From Octopus sinensis (Eukaryota): DNA of 64,000 nt. Shown piece after piece: positions 39,491 through 52,555 of the stretch. The notes under the pieces were generated by a model. The model searched no databases, was not told the DNA's origin, and worked only from the letters and a program-made list of their open reading frames with translations. The DNA is taken from assembly GCF_006345805.1 (NCBI RefSeq), contig NC_042999.1, positions 154,008,001 to 154,072,000 of the forward strand. Direction: 5' to 3'. The translations under genes were made by a program, and so were the position numbers. Each line of letters begins with the position of its first letter. The stretch's first letter is position 1.

Positions 39491-39864
39491 TTGGCATTCG
39501 GTTGGTTACGATGACGAGGGTTCCAGTTGATCCGATCAACGGAACAGCCTGCTCATGAAATTAATGTGCAAGTGGCTGAGCACTCCACAGACATGTGTAC
39601 CCTTAATGTAGTTCTCGGGGAAATTCAGCATGACACAGACTATGACAAGGCTGGCCCTTTGAAATACAGGTATAACAGAAACATGAAGAGAGAAAGTTGT
39701 GGTGAAAGAATATGGCAAGGTTAGACACCACACTCTGCCGGAGCCTCGTGGAGCTTTAGGTGTTTGCACTCAATAAACATTCACATTGCCTGGTCTGGGA
39801 CTCGAAACCGCGTTCCTATGACTGTGAATTTGTTGCCCTAACCACTGGGCCACTGCGCCTCCAC
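39491..39864 (-). mobile_element. tRNA-headed SINE family C (others: 2579-2892 -, 14930-15080 -, 15582-15885 +, 62277-62500 +)
   Basis: Head gtggaggcgcagtggcccagtggttaggg and shared body ctgaatctccctgagaactac...gtgctcagccacttgcacgttaatttca. Confidence 0.8.
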
Positions 39865-40928
39865 AGATGCCATATAGACAGTAGGCGTACCTTAGTCTTC
39901 CATTGTGTAATAGTTGTTGAATGCATGTCACTTTCATTTCCAATCTTCCATGAAAACATGTCTGGATACAGGGTAATGTTACCATATTTGGAAACATGTG
40001 AGGGCTAGTCACAAAAGAGTGGGGGCATCCTGCCTCAAAATCTGCCTCAGCTAATTCCATCCGGCCCATGCAAGCATGAAAACGTCTATGTTAATATGAC
40101 TGATGAAATTATATCTTTTCTATCTATCACTCATTTCAGTCATTAGACTGTGACCTTCCTGGGGCACCACCTTGAGGAATGTTTAGCTGAATGAAACAAC
40201 CCCAGTATTCTATTGATCTCTTTTGCAAAACCATTTTGCAACACCGGTCACCAGGTGATGGTGGGAGACAGACAGACACACACACACACACACACACACA
40301 ATGGGCTTCCATCTACTAAATCCACTCAGAAGGCTTTGGTCATTGGCCCAAGGCTATAGAAGATACTTGACCGAGGTACCATGCAGTGGAACTGAACCCA
40401 GAACCATGTTGTTGGGAAGCAAGGTTCTTAGCACTCCTGTGCTTACACACACACATTGTGTTAAGAAGATTAATTTGACTATTGGAATACAGCTTTTGAG
40501 AACTTGGTGGTCTAATGGTGACAAACCAACCAGAATATGCTTATCTATGACGTAAAAATCCTAACAGATGAAAGGTTATTATAACTAATTCCTGATGTCT
40601 ATCTCCATCTTGCTCTCCGCCCTCCACCTCTCTTTCCATCAAGTTCTGTCTCCACTTTGGTAATTGCATCACAAGGCCTGTCCAGTGTAATTACTAATCA
40701 ATTTCAGACAGAATATACATACATCATATTTACTAACGAGACAATGCAGCATTCTAGAGGAGACTGAATCTAAATGTTGCCTTGCTAACAGTTTCATACA
40801 GGGAACAATTAGTATTTTCATTATGAAAATAACATCTTCCTATAAGGTGTACACACTGTCCAATTCAAACAATGGAGATAAAGTATTTAAAGATGGACAG
40901 AGAAAAAAAAAAATCCAACAACAACAAC

Positions 40929-40970
<42 letters not shown>

Positions 40971-41364
40971 CATGTCGAAAGTATGTGTGATGGCACCCCA
41001 TATTGTTAATGGTAAATAAACAGTCATAGATTGCTGATAAGATAATCAAAGAGTAGGAAACTGGAATGCAGTGGAAAAACAGCTAGTTTAGAGATAACTG
41101 GCTACTTAAGAGAGAGACAGGCAGACAGACAGAGAGACAGACAGACAGACAGACAGAGGAGGCGGGGGGGGGGGGGGGAATTACACTTGACACTCCAGAT
41201 GCTTATAGTTTTGTTTGTATGTCCTGAATTTCAGCAATTACACTATGTACTCTTAGTAATAATAAATGGATTGAAGTGACCTGACTGGCATCAATGTTAC
41301 TCACAGACACTCAACTTCTGGCCCCCCACCCTGTAAGCACACTATCTCATCTCTCTGTTTCTAC

Positions 41365-41545
41365 CACTTCCAAAATGGTCTCTGCTAAATGAAGCTGACT
41401 ATTACACCCAGTCCATTCTTCTTGGAACGTTGGCCATCTGGAATCCCCATCCTGTACATGTTGACTTCCAGAAGAGCAACAGGAAGATTAACACTTTTGA
41501 TATCAAACTGCCTGAAACTGCCCCTGGTTCTAGGGTACAAAATTC
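41365..41545 (-). mobile_element. Possible decayed LINE AP-endonuclease N-terminus
   Basis: Minus frame NIRT...VALLEVN...YRMGIPDGQRSKKNGLGVIVS resembles NVRTL...ALQEV...YSG...GVGxIV. Confidence 0.25.
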
Positions 41546-44500
41546 TTGTTCTTATGTTTCAAACATAGAGTCAATAAGTTCATCATCATCATCGTTTAAA
41601 GGCCTGCTTTCCATGCTGGCAGGAGTTGGACAGTTTGACTGAGGACTGGCAAGCTGGGAGACCGCACCAGGCTCCAATCTGATCTGGCAAGGTTTCTACA
41701 GCTGGATACCCTTATTAACACCAACCACTCCAAGAGTGTAGTGGGTGCTTTTTATGTGCCACCGGCATAGGGGCCAGTCAGGCAGCATTGGCACTGATCA
41801 TGCTCGAATGGTGCTTTTTACATTCCACCAGCACAGGAGCTAGTCGGGCAGCACTGGCAAAAGCTATTTTATTAAATTTTCATTACTTTTAAAATTAATT
41901 GAAGCAAAGGCAGTGTTTCAACAGAAATTTGGTAATGAAAGGGTTAATGCCATAAGGTTCTCTAGTCTGGGGTGGGGCACGTTAGGTTGCTGTGAAGGGG
42001 AAGGGCTGCTAAAGTTTTGGAGGTAACAAAGGTGATATTTTCAAGAATCATGTACTACACACTAGTGCTGGTGCCAAGTAAGATACTAGTGCTGTGCCAT
42101 ATAAAAAGTATTGGTGATGGTACCACGCAATAAGCACTGGCACTAGTGCCATCTAAAACACATTCAGTACATGGTGAAGTGGTTCGCATTAGGAAGGGCA
42201 TCCAGCTGTAGAAACCATGCGAAAACAGACAATAAAGTCTGGTACAGCCCCAAACATATCAGTCCTGTCAAACTGGACAACCTACACAAGCATGGGAAAC
42301 GAATGTGAAATGATGTACAAATGGTGTAGCAGGGTAAACTATGGAAATTACGGAAGTTATGCTCTTATTTTACTTTTGCTAAAAGAATACAATAACAGGC
42401 AAGAGTTAAGGAAAGAAGGGTTAGTCAGAGGAAGAGAAGGGGGGGAGAGACAGACAGACAAACAGACAGAGACGAATTTAATGAAAACTGAGCATGATCA
42501 TTGCCAGAGCAGCCAACTGGCCCCTGCGCCGGTGACACGTAAAAAGCATCCACTACCCTCTCGGAGTGGTTGGCATTAGGAAGGGCATCCAGCTGTAGAA
42601 ACTCTGCCAGATCAAGATTGGAGCCTGGTGCAGCCATCTGGTTCGCCAGCCCTCAGTCAAAATCGTCCAACCCATGCTAGCATGGAAGGCGGACATTAAA
42701 CGTTGATGATGATGATATGTACCAGGTTAGTGCTATCAATATATTTACCATTTATTCTAAACCTGTTTTACAATGGAATGATGCTATGGAGTGATGCAAA
42801 ATAGTTCTGCATCAAATTTCTATATTTGATGAATTAGTTTCTGTTTGGTTGATTTCTTCCATATTTCTTTGAGAAAACCAGTTTCTTTTATTTTAGAAAA
42901 GATAGTGGTAGTGATGATTTTACAGTTTCATTAGAGGATGGAGCCACGTAAAAAGCACCGAGTACATTCTGCAAAGCGGCTGGCATTAGGACGGGCATCC
43001 AGCCATTGAAACCATGCCAAAACAGATAACTGTAGTCCAGTGCAGCTGTCAGGCTTGCCAACTCCTGTCAAACAATTCGACTCATGCCAGCACAGAAAGC
43101 AGATGTTAAAAGATGATGATAATGGTCACAAGACTGAAAACCATCTGATTGAATTATGAAATACAAGACTAATAGAATTATTAAGTATTACAAGAAGAAA
43201 TGGAAATGAAAAGAAGCCAAAAGAGTAAATCTATCAATGGTTGGGTTGAATGAAAGACACTTTTGGCAGATATTATATCAGATTGGCAAGAATATGGTAA
43301 ATATCCAAGAATTAGACAAGGCTCTAATGTGAGTGTGAGAGTGCACTTGTATGAATGCACATGTGCATGCATGCCTGCATGCATGAGTGTCTCCACAAAG
43401 ATATGAATTTATTGCTTTTGTTTATTTCAACAAAAAAACTTGCAAATATTTCAATTAAAAATAAAGAATTATAATTCTGCCAACTGAATCGAAGTGATGG
43501 AAATCAAATTTAACTCTTTTGCTGCCAACCCAGCTGTTTTGAAGAACTCAATGCTTAAACTGAAATTCCCCCATCATAATACCATTTCAGAACTTTTTTT
43601 TTTTTAGTAAATTATGGTCTGACTTTTTTACTTGTTTCAATCATTAGACCAAGGCCATGCTGGGGCACTGCCTTGAGGAATTTTAGTTAAATGAATTAAT
43701 GCCAATACCTTTTTTTTTAAAGTCTGGAACTTATTTCTATCAGTCTCTTTTGTCAAACTTCTAAGTTAGAGGAAGATAAACATACTAACAACAGTTATGA
43801 AGCAGTGGTGGGAGACAACCACAAAGACACACACGTGACAGGCTTCTTTCAGTTTCCATCTACTAAATTCACCCACACTAAAAGACACTTGCCCAAGATG
43901 CCATGCAGTGGAACTGAACCCCAAAACCATGTGTTAATTCATGTTCCAAAAACCAGGTAAATAACTTTAATGTTATTTTATTAAATTCTTCAACATATTT
44001 CAACAGAAACAGGGGTTTATTAGAACTGGCCTAAGGTTAAACAAAAACTACCCATTCATTATATTTAATTAAAAATCATTTAACTAAATCCCTCCAAATT
44101 CTTAATTACTTTCCGGGTCCACAAAGGGCTGTTATCTTTATCTTTTACTTGTTCCAGTCTTTAGACAGTGTCCAAAATGTTTAGTCGAACAAATTAACCC
44201 AAGTACTTATGCATTTAAGCCAGGTACTTATTCTATGTATCTCTTTTGTCAAGCTACTAAGTTACAGAACATAAACCAACACCAGTTGTCAGGAATTGGT
44301 AGGCGACAAACATATATACAATGAACTTTCAGTTTCTGTCTACTCACAAGGCTTTGGTCGGCCTGGGGATATAGTAAAAGATACTTGCCCAAGGTGCCAC
44401 TGTGTAGGCCTGAACCCAAGACCATGTGGTTAAGAAGTAAACTTCTTAACCATACATCCATGCCTGGGTCGATTCCAATGACAAACACTTCTGCAAAAAT

Positions 44501-45680
44501 AGGCATGGCTGTGTGCTAAGAAGTTTGCTTCCCAACCACATGGCTCTGGGTTCAGTTCCACTGTGTGGTACCATAAGCAGGTGTCATCTACTATAACGTT
44601 GGGCTGACCAAAGTCTTGTAAGTGGAATTGGTAGACGGAAACTGAAAGAAGCCTGCTTTATATATGTGCGTGTGTGTGTGTGTGTGTGTGCCCCAGCATG
44701 GCCACAGTCTAATGACTGAAATAAGTAAAAGATTAGTCAAAGTATTATACACATTTGAGGGTAGACATTCGTGTGTGTGCGTGTGTGCATGTTTGCTGAG
44801 GGGGGCAAGTTAAGGAAAGAAAAGGACAAATAGAAACAATTCATCCATTGTCCATTGTACAGGTAAAAATTGTAACAGGAGAGATCTAGACTTAACCCTA
44901 ACCCATTAGTAAGATGAAACAGCAGAAACAAAATTACACGGGAACTGGTAAATAAACTACAACCACCAACCGCTGCAGCTAGACAGGAGAATAAAGACAC
45001 TACTGATACTATATAACATTATAATATGTCTGATTTTTTCTTTTATCCTTCATAATAATAAGAAGTTAGAAAACATGAAATTATTTTTCTAAATAGTTTG
45101 CCAATCCCACCACCATCCTCCTATTTCTAGTACAGACAGGACAGGTCATTACTATTCAAGTAGGAGTTTGAAGTTACAACCGTCCCAGTTACGACAAAGG
45201 ACCACATCTCACTTGGGCATTTCATTTTTAACATTCTTTCTACAGCCTGATGCCCTTGCTGTACTCCAACGCTTCACCAAGTGTGTTCGGGGCAATTTAT
45301 TGCGACACCAGCACTAGAGAAACTGTCATGTCCACAAAAAGATTAAAGTATACTCTACACCCCTAGAGTGTGTCTGCTCATTCACCTGAAATCATGTGCT
45401 GTTGAGTTCAAAGCCCATGGCAGGCCACCTTGGGCAAACATTGGTCAACTAATGCCTTGTGCATGGATTATATAGGCAGCAACTGCGTGAAATCCTGCCA
45501 TGATTGACTGCTAAATCCACAATTTATTTTTTATTTTCTCTCTATTTCTTTGTGTTCCCTTCTGTTGAAGAGCGCAGGCTCGAAACATAAAACACTTTCT
45601 CACCTTACCAAGTGTCAAACTAATACACCTGCTTGTTGTTTATACACCTGTCTTCGTCTTTTGCTTTTCTGCAAATTTCA

Positions 45681-45733
<53 letters not shown>

Positions 45734-46743
45734 TTGGCCTGCTCGCTTAGCCAGCAGTGTGGCGTCATTTGAAGGCTAAAACAATGCAAAGCACATTGTG
45801 ACCAGCGATGTGTAGCAACATCTGATAGCCTGGTCACTCACGAGGTCACAAGATATATTATAGTTCAAATTTATAGAAAAACAAAAGACAAAGACAGGTG
45901 TAGGAACAACACTCAGGAAAAATGAAAAAGTCTTTTACATTACAAGCCTATGCTCTTCAGCAGAAAGGAATAAGAATAAAGTGTATGTGTGTGTGTATAC
46001 AAACACACACATATTGGAGCTTGATGCAGCCCTCCACCTTTTGTCAAAACTTTCAATCCATGCCAGCATGGAAAACAGACGTTAATTGGTTGTGGTGGTG
46101 CTGGTGTGTGTGGGTGGGTGTCTTGTCACTGCATGCCAACAGTAAACAGCATTTTCATAAAAAGAGGTGACATTTGCAGTTTTCTGCCGAGACATGTTCA
46201 CACTAGGAGTGTGAAAAAGGTGGGCCATGACATGTATGCCAAGCATGGAAAAGAAGGTACGGAAATGCCAATAATGATGACAATGATGATGATGGTGGTT
46301 TCATTTGTGAACACATGACTATACAATAAATGGTTTGTAACCAAATGAATTAAAAACAGTAAATAGGTGTGAGTAGATGCAGCAGACTTGTGCAACCATT
46401 CCAACACATTGCATCCATTTTTACCATTTTCTCATCTAGGCATGATGGATAGAAGTCTACCTACAAGTAATGAAATATTGATTAAAAATATCGATTAATT
46501 CAAGGTTTTTTTTTTTCTTTCTTTTTAACTTTTCTTTTTCATTTTGGTCTTCCATATTTCTTCATTTCTTCTCCTTGAATTTCTTTACTTCTTTGCAAGA
46601 ACTCTCATGTCAGTTAAACATTTTTCAACAATTAACACACACACACTAATAAAACAAAACCACATCAAATCTCAGACAGACATATTTCACTTTTATACAA
46701 GTTACTGAAGTTTCATGTGCCGTGCTTCACTGAAACTATGTGT

Positions 46744-46775
<32 letters not shown>

Positions 46776-46776
46776 A

Positions 46777-46811
<35 letters not shown>

Positions 46812-46826
46812 GCATTTGTGCTTGTA

Positions 46827-46866
<40 letters not shown>

Positions 46867-46939
46867 CATAAACATACAAGCACAAATGCATATACATTAC
46901 ACACACATAAACATGGCTAGATCAATATATATTTCTTAC

Positions 46940-47016
46940 TACCAATATGCCAGCTTCCATGTGACACTGTACTTCCATTCCCGCAAGACACAATTACTGT
47001 TTGCAGACAATAAACT
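46940..47016 (-). CDS. Weak candidate exon (77 nt, phase 2 to 1): VYCLQTVIVSCGNGSTVSHGSWHIG
   Basis: Acceptor ctatttagtttttcag, donor gtaaga. It fits the exon chain only together with 27372-27405 and could be a chance pair of sites. Confidence 0.25.
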
Positions 47017-47136
47017 CTGAAAAACTAAATAGCTAAAGCAATTTTTTTTGGTGTTAGACTATCTTGTGATTCTGAGATAAACAACAACAACATATTACAT
47101 TCAATGAAAGATGATGATATATATATATATATACAT

Positions 47137-47183
<47 letters not shown>

Positions 47184-47270
47184 CAAATATATATATTATA
47201 CATACAAATATCATCATCATCATCGTTTAACGTCGGCTTTCCATGACGTTAATATATATATATTTATATA

Positions 47271-47315
<45 letters not shown>

Positions 47316-47434
47316 AATATATATATTATTTATATATATTTATATAAAAATTACATATATATATATATATATACATACAAATATATATATTATTTATATA
47401 TATTTACATAAAAATTATATATATATATGCATAA

Positions 47435-48113
47435 ATGGGTATAGGACGTCACCAACAGTAAACAACATGAGATACAAAAACAAATGAGTTCAATACGCAA
47501 ACGGGAGAAAAAATGGAAAGGGACAAAGCTTAACCTTTTTGATGCGACTCTATACTGTTTTTTCTCCCATCCGTCTATAATTCCCTTTTTCTCCCTCTCA
47601 CTGTCTTCTGTCTCTCTCTCTCTCCCTTTTTCCCTCTTTTTCTCTCTCTCATTACTCACACATGACCATCTTCCATCTTTCTTTTTTTTCACGTTACCAT
47701 ATTTCTTTTCTACCAGGACATCCTAAGGACTGGACGTCTTATATCTCTCTTCTGTCTTCCTCTTTCCAAAGAAAACATTTCTCCAGCGTTCACTATTTTA
47801 CCCGCGTTCTGGTCTAACGACCCTCCATGTTTTCGTATGGTTTACTTGTATGTCTCCAACTGCCCTGTTTTTGTTCCCAACTTTGACCCTACATAAATCC
47901 AAAATTTTATTTTGGTATTTTTGGGAGCAACTGTCTTCGAAGAAACGTTGTTGTTCCATGCTCGAAATAAGGAGTAGATAGACAGCCGACAACTTATGAA
48001 GGGTGGTTCTTTGTGTTACTTGTCCTGTTTTCCATTATTTTCCCTTGTTGTTTGTGTATTTAACTTATTTGTTTTTGTATTTCATGTCATTTACTGTTGG
48101 TGACATCCTGTAC

Positions 48114-48117
<4 letters not shown>
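47435..48117. mobile_element. (TA)n-flanked element with about 90-bp imperfect inverted termini, Penelope-like architecture
   Basis: Left end atgggtataggacgtcaccaacagtaaacaacatgagatacaaaaacaaa matches the reverse complement of the right end atgggtacaggatgtcaccaacagtaaatgacatgaaatacaaaaacaaa. Long (TA)n on both sides. No recognisable ORF. Confidence 0.55.
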
Positions 48118-48176
<59 letters not shown>

Positions 48177-48555
48177 AATACATTATTTATATTATTATCT
48201 AATTGAACACCATGCATCCATTTCCAAATGTGCGTATATATATATATATATATTATATATATATCATCTTCATTTAATATCCATTTTCCATGAAGGCTGA
48301 AGGCATAGGTTGGTCAGTTTGACAGGAGCTGGCAAGTTGGAGGGCTGCAACAGGTATCATTGTCTATTTTGACATGGTTCCCACAGCTGGATGCCCTTCC
48401 TATCACTAATTATGTTACAGAGTGTACTTCATACTTTTCCCATAGCACCAGCATGGGCACTCTGTAAGTGGAACCAATACTTCCAGGGTTACCAAGTGGC
48501 TTGCAAGACAAGGTCTCAGCTGAGAAACAGAGAGAGGAATTAAGAGAAGTGAGAC

Positions 48556-48604
<49 letters not shown>

Positions 48605-48879
48605 ATTCAATTAGAGGTTAAATTAGCCTCGTTAAAGGATAGTATCATCCAATGAATTACTTGGGAATAATAATATTCATAAAATATAAGGTTTGTATAT
48701 AAACCATGGTTTATAGTCATGTAAATGAAAAATAAGAAAATGGAGATATAGTATTTAATAAAGATTATTATTTGTAAAAATCAAACATAGTCCCTTACAG
48801 CTGTTTCAATTAAGCCCAATAAAGATTAAATAAATATCAAAATCCTTTTTGGGGCCACACACACACATACGGTGAGCTT

Positions 48880-49272
48880 CTTTCAGTCTCTGTCTGTGGC
48901 GGTGGCACGTAAAAAGCACCATTCAAGCGAGATCATTACCAGCATCGCCTTAATGGCACTTGTGCCAGTGCAAGTGAAAAAATATTTGAGCGAGGTCGTT
49001 GCCAGTGCCGCTGGACTGGCTCCTGTGCAGGTAGTACGTAAAAAACACCATTTGAGCATGGCCGTTGCCAGTACCGCCTGACTGGCCCTCGTGCTGGTGG
49101 CACGTAAAAGCACCCACTACAGTCTCGGAGTGGTTGGCGTTAGGAAGGGTATCCAGCTGTAGAAACTGCCAGATCAGATTGGAGCCTGGTGCAGCCATCT
49201 GGTTCGCCAGCCCTCAGTCAAATCCTCCAACCCATTCTAGCATGGAAAACGGATGTTAAATGATGATGATGA
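48880..49272 (+). mobile_element. RTE 3' UTR-derived repeat; representative of more than 20 copies (e.g. 3480-3920, 10075-10312, 19185-19510, 26320-26550, 27773-28300, 33004-33290, 41580-41860, 42490-42715, 55567-55850, 59250-59640)
   Basis: Shared core ggagtggttggcgttaggaagggcatccagctgtagaaa...ccaacccatgctagcatggaaa..ggacgttaaatgatgatga, matching the 3' UTR of the RTE at 30017-30200. Confidence 0.85.
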
Positions 49273-51059
49273 AATTCACTCACAAAGGTTTGGTCAACCC
49301 AAGGCAGTACAAGAAGATATTTGCCCAAGGTGCCACACAATCAAACTGAACCTGAGACCACAAGTTTGAGAAGCAAGCCTCTAACCACATAGCCATACAT
49401 GCACTTACAACTACATCATATTGCATCAACATTCCATGTCCACTTTGCCTTGCTTGCATGAATCATTCATTGATTGAGGCAGATTTTTCTACCTCCAAGT
49501 ACCCTTCCTCTTGCCAACTCTCTCACCTGTTTCCAAGCAAAGTAATATTGGTCAGACAAGTTCTTGGCAGCTTTAGAACGAGTACACAATCTCAAGAGAA
49601 GGCAACACAAGCATACATACAGGCTTCTTTTAGTTTCCACCCTCCAAATCCACACTCAAAGTTTTGGTCAGCCCAGGGCTATAACAGAACACAACCATCC
49701 CCACCCAAGATGCTATTCAGTGGAATTGAACCCAGCACAATGTGGTTAAAAAGCGAACCTCCTCAACCACTCAGCTACATCTGTGCTTATTAATAATGTG
49801 GCTGGGTGGTAAGAAGCTTGCTTCCCAACCACAGTTCCAAGTTCAGTCCCACTGCATGGCACCTTGGGAAAGTGTATTCTCCTATAGCCTTGGGCTGACC
49901 AAAATCCTGGTGAGTGGATTTGGTAGACGGAAACAAAAAGAAGCCTGCCTACACGTGTGTGAATGTGTGTGTGTGTGCACATGTTTGTCCCACACCACCG
50001 CTTGACAACTGTTGTTGGTGTATTTACATCTCCATAACTTAGCAGTTCATTAAAAGAAACCAACAGAATAAGTACAAGGCTTCAAGAGGAAAGTAGTAGG
50101 GTCAATTGATTTGGCTTAAAATTTTTCAAGGCACTGCTGCAGCATGGCTGCACTCTAATACCTGACACAAGTAAAAGATATTGCACTGACTTTACAACAG
50201 AATGTTAGAGAGCAAAAAATCTTGCCTAAGGCTGAGAAAAATTTCATTTCTCAGTGAACTTCCAGCTGGCTGGAAGTTATTAAATTAGACATATTAAAGC
50301 ATTATTAAAATAACGTGTTGAATGTGTTTTTCTTTTATTTTTTATAATTTAATTGAATTTAATGTACAATTAGGATAACACAAAAAAAAACCTACAAATA
50401 ACAACAAAAACTTGACATTATCCAAGATAAATATAATTTCTCTAGAGAATATTTACACAAAATTTAATAAAAATTTTTTTTAAATTCTGATGTAATGTTT
50501 TTTGACAATCTTAAATGTTGCTGCAGGAATAATATATGAAGGTGTTAATGGAAGAAAATACGAAAAATAATTATAAATATAGACTAAATTACACTTGTAA
50601 CCCTGCAGGACTCTGATGTGCCAAGAGAAAATGTAAGAATCTGCTTCAGGGCAAATTGCTTTGCGAAATGCTGTTACAACCTCAACTGCAGTGCAGTTGC
50701 ATAATAAATATATAATGCAACACATCTTTATACTATAATGATAATGAGTTCAAATTTTGGCAGAGGGGCAGCAGTTTTTGAGGAGGGCAGGGAAGTTGAT
50801 TTCATCGACCTCAGTACATAACAGGTACTTATTTTTATAAAACTTGAAAAGAAGAAAAGCAAAGTCAACCTAGGCAGAATTTGAACTTAGAATGTAAAAA
50901 TGGATGAAATACCACTCAGCATTTTGCCCAGCATGCTAATGATTCTGCCAGCTTGCCACCTTAATAAATAATAGCAGATACAAATGATATAGCTTGTAGG
51001 AGGGTTGATTTCTAGGCGGAGGTAAAGGATAAGGACTGCATCCCCTTTCATTTACTTTA

Positions 51060-51262
51060 TTTACTCTTTTACTTGTTTGTCATTTGACTGCGGCCATGCT
51101 GGAGCACCGCCTTTAATCGAGCAAATCGACCCCGGGACTTATCCTTTGTAAGCCCAGTACTTATTCTATCGGTCTCTTTTGCCGAACCACTAAGTGACAG
51201 GGACGTAAACACACCAGCAATGGTTGTCAAGCAATGCTAGGGGGACAAACACAGACACACAA

Positions 51263-51297
<35 letters not shown>

Positions 51298-51468
51298 CAT
51301 ATATACGACAGGCTTCTTTCAGTTTCCGTCTACCAAATCCACTCACAAGGCATTGGTCGGCCCAAGGCTATAGCAGAAGGCACTTGCCCAAGATGCCACG
51401 CAGTGGGACTGAACCCGCAACCATGTGGTTGGTTAGCAAGCTACTTACCACACAGCCACTCCTGCGCC
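51060..51468 (-). mobile_element. SINE family B, full-length, low-divergence copy
   Basis: Complete reverse complement of the family, with CpGs retained. Confidence 0.9.
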
Positions 51469-51506
51469 TATTGGTTTTTTATTTATTTTATTTTTTTTAC
51501 AGAAAC

Positions 51507-51535
51507 CTATCTTTTCGACTGCGGAGATTCCGAAT
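51507..51535 (-). CDS. Internal coding exon (29 nt, phase 0 to 2): IRNLRSRKD
   Basis: Very strong acceptor tttgttttttctctttttgcag, donor AG|gtttct. A 63-nt intron (51536-51598) separates it from the previous exon and the phase matches. An alternative reading as a terminal exon (SESPQSKR*) if joined directly to the 85-nt exon cannot be excluded. Confidence 0.55.
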
Positions 51536-51598
51536 CTGCAAAAAGAGAAAAAACAAATCGGCATTTCAAAATTTTATCCAACACCCCACCCACCTCAC

Positions 51599-51705
51599 CT
51601 CAACTCTGTTTTGGTAATTCATATTTAGAAAGTGGATCTTTGGTTTGGCTGTTGTTTCTAGCTTGTTGGAGTTTCTGGTTGGAGCGGATTTAAAAATTGA
51701 AGATT
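51599..51705 (-). CDS. Internal coding exon (107 nt, phase 1 to 0): SSIFKSAPTRNSNKLETTAKPKIHFLNMNYQNRVE
   Basis: Acceptor tttttgggattttcag, donor GAG|gtgagg. The only open frame has the phase required by the 85-nt exon upstream. Confidence 0.6.
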
Positions 51706-51730
51706 CTGAAAATCCCAAAAACATTAATTT

Positions 51731-52045
51731 TCCCACTGCATGGCACTTTGGGCGAGTGTCTTCTATAGCCACAGGCAAACCAAAACCTTGTGAGTGGATT
51801 TGGTAGATGGAAACTGAAAGAAGCCCATCATATATATGTATATACCTATGTAGCGTTCTTTGTAACTGTGTTTGTCCCCTACCACCACTTGACAACTGGT
51901 GTGGGTGTGTTTACATCCCGATAACTTAGCGGTTCAACAAAAGAGTGCGATAGAACAAGTATAAGGTTTAAAAAATAAGTCCTTCAAGGCAGTACCCCAG
52001 GATGGCCACAGTCAAGTGACTGAAACAAATAAAAAACAAAAGATA
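51731..52045 (+). mobile_element. SINE family B, 5'-truncated copy, inverted relative to 51060-51468
   Basis: Starts tcccactgcatggcactttgggcgagtgtctt and ends gactgaaacaaataaaa. Confidence 0.85.
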
Positions 52046-52135
52046 TGTGTGGGAGGGTGTGTGAGTGCACACGCACGTGTGTGTGCATGTGTCAGAGACG
52101 GAGAGGGTGTGTAGAGACAGAGAGGCGAGTGAATA

Positions 52136-52555
52136 AGGCGGTGAGCTGGCAGAAACGTTAGCACGCCGGGCGAAATGCTTAGCGGTATTTCATCTGCCAC
52201 TACGTTCTAAGTTCAAATTCTGCCAAGGTCCACTTTGCCTTTCATCCTTTCGGGGTTGATTAAATAAGTACCAGTTACGCACTGGGGTCGATATAATCAA
52301 CTTAATCCGTTTGTCTGTCCTTGTTTGTCCCCTGTGTTTAGCCCCTTGTGGGTAATAAAGAAATAGAAACAGGTATTCCGTCTGTCTTTATGTTCTGAGT
52401 TCAAATTCCGCCGAGGTCGACTTTGCCTTTCATCCTTTCGGGGTCGATAAATTAAGTACCAGTTACGCACTGGGGTCGATGTAATCGACTTAATACCTAT
52501 GTCTGTCCTTGTTTGTCCCCTCTGTGTTTAGCCCCTTGTGGGCAGTAAAGAAGTA
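52136..52555 (+). mobile_element. Two head-to-tail copies of tRNA-headed SINE family A (others: 296-462 -, 490-714 -, 21216-21450 +, 21485-21700 -, 50745-50962 -, 54760-54910 -, 57256-57400 -, 57417-57610 +, 57677-57900 +)
   Basis: Head ggcggtgagctggcagaaacgttagc, B-box gttcaaatt, core gactttgcctttcatcctttcggggtcgataaattaagtaccag. From recall, the core resembles the Nin/Deu conserved SINE domain. Confidence 0.85.

Noticed and set aside
47928-48000. ctgtct-TCGAAGA...gctcGAAA...agacag as a hammerhead
   Set aside because: Stem I is plausible, but stem II does not pair and no UH triplet is positioned correctly.
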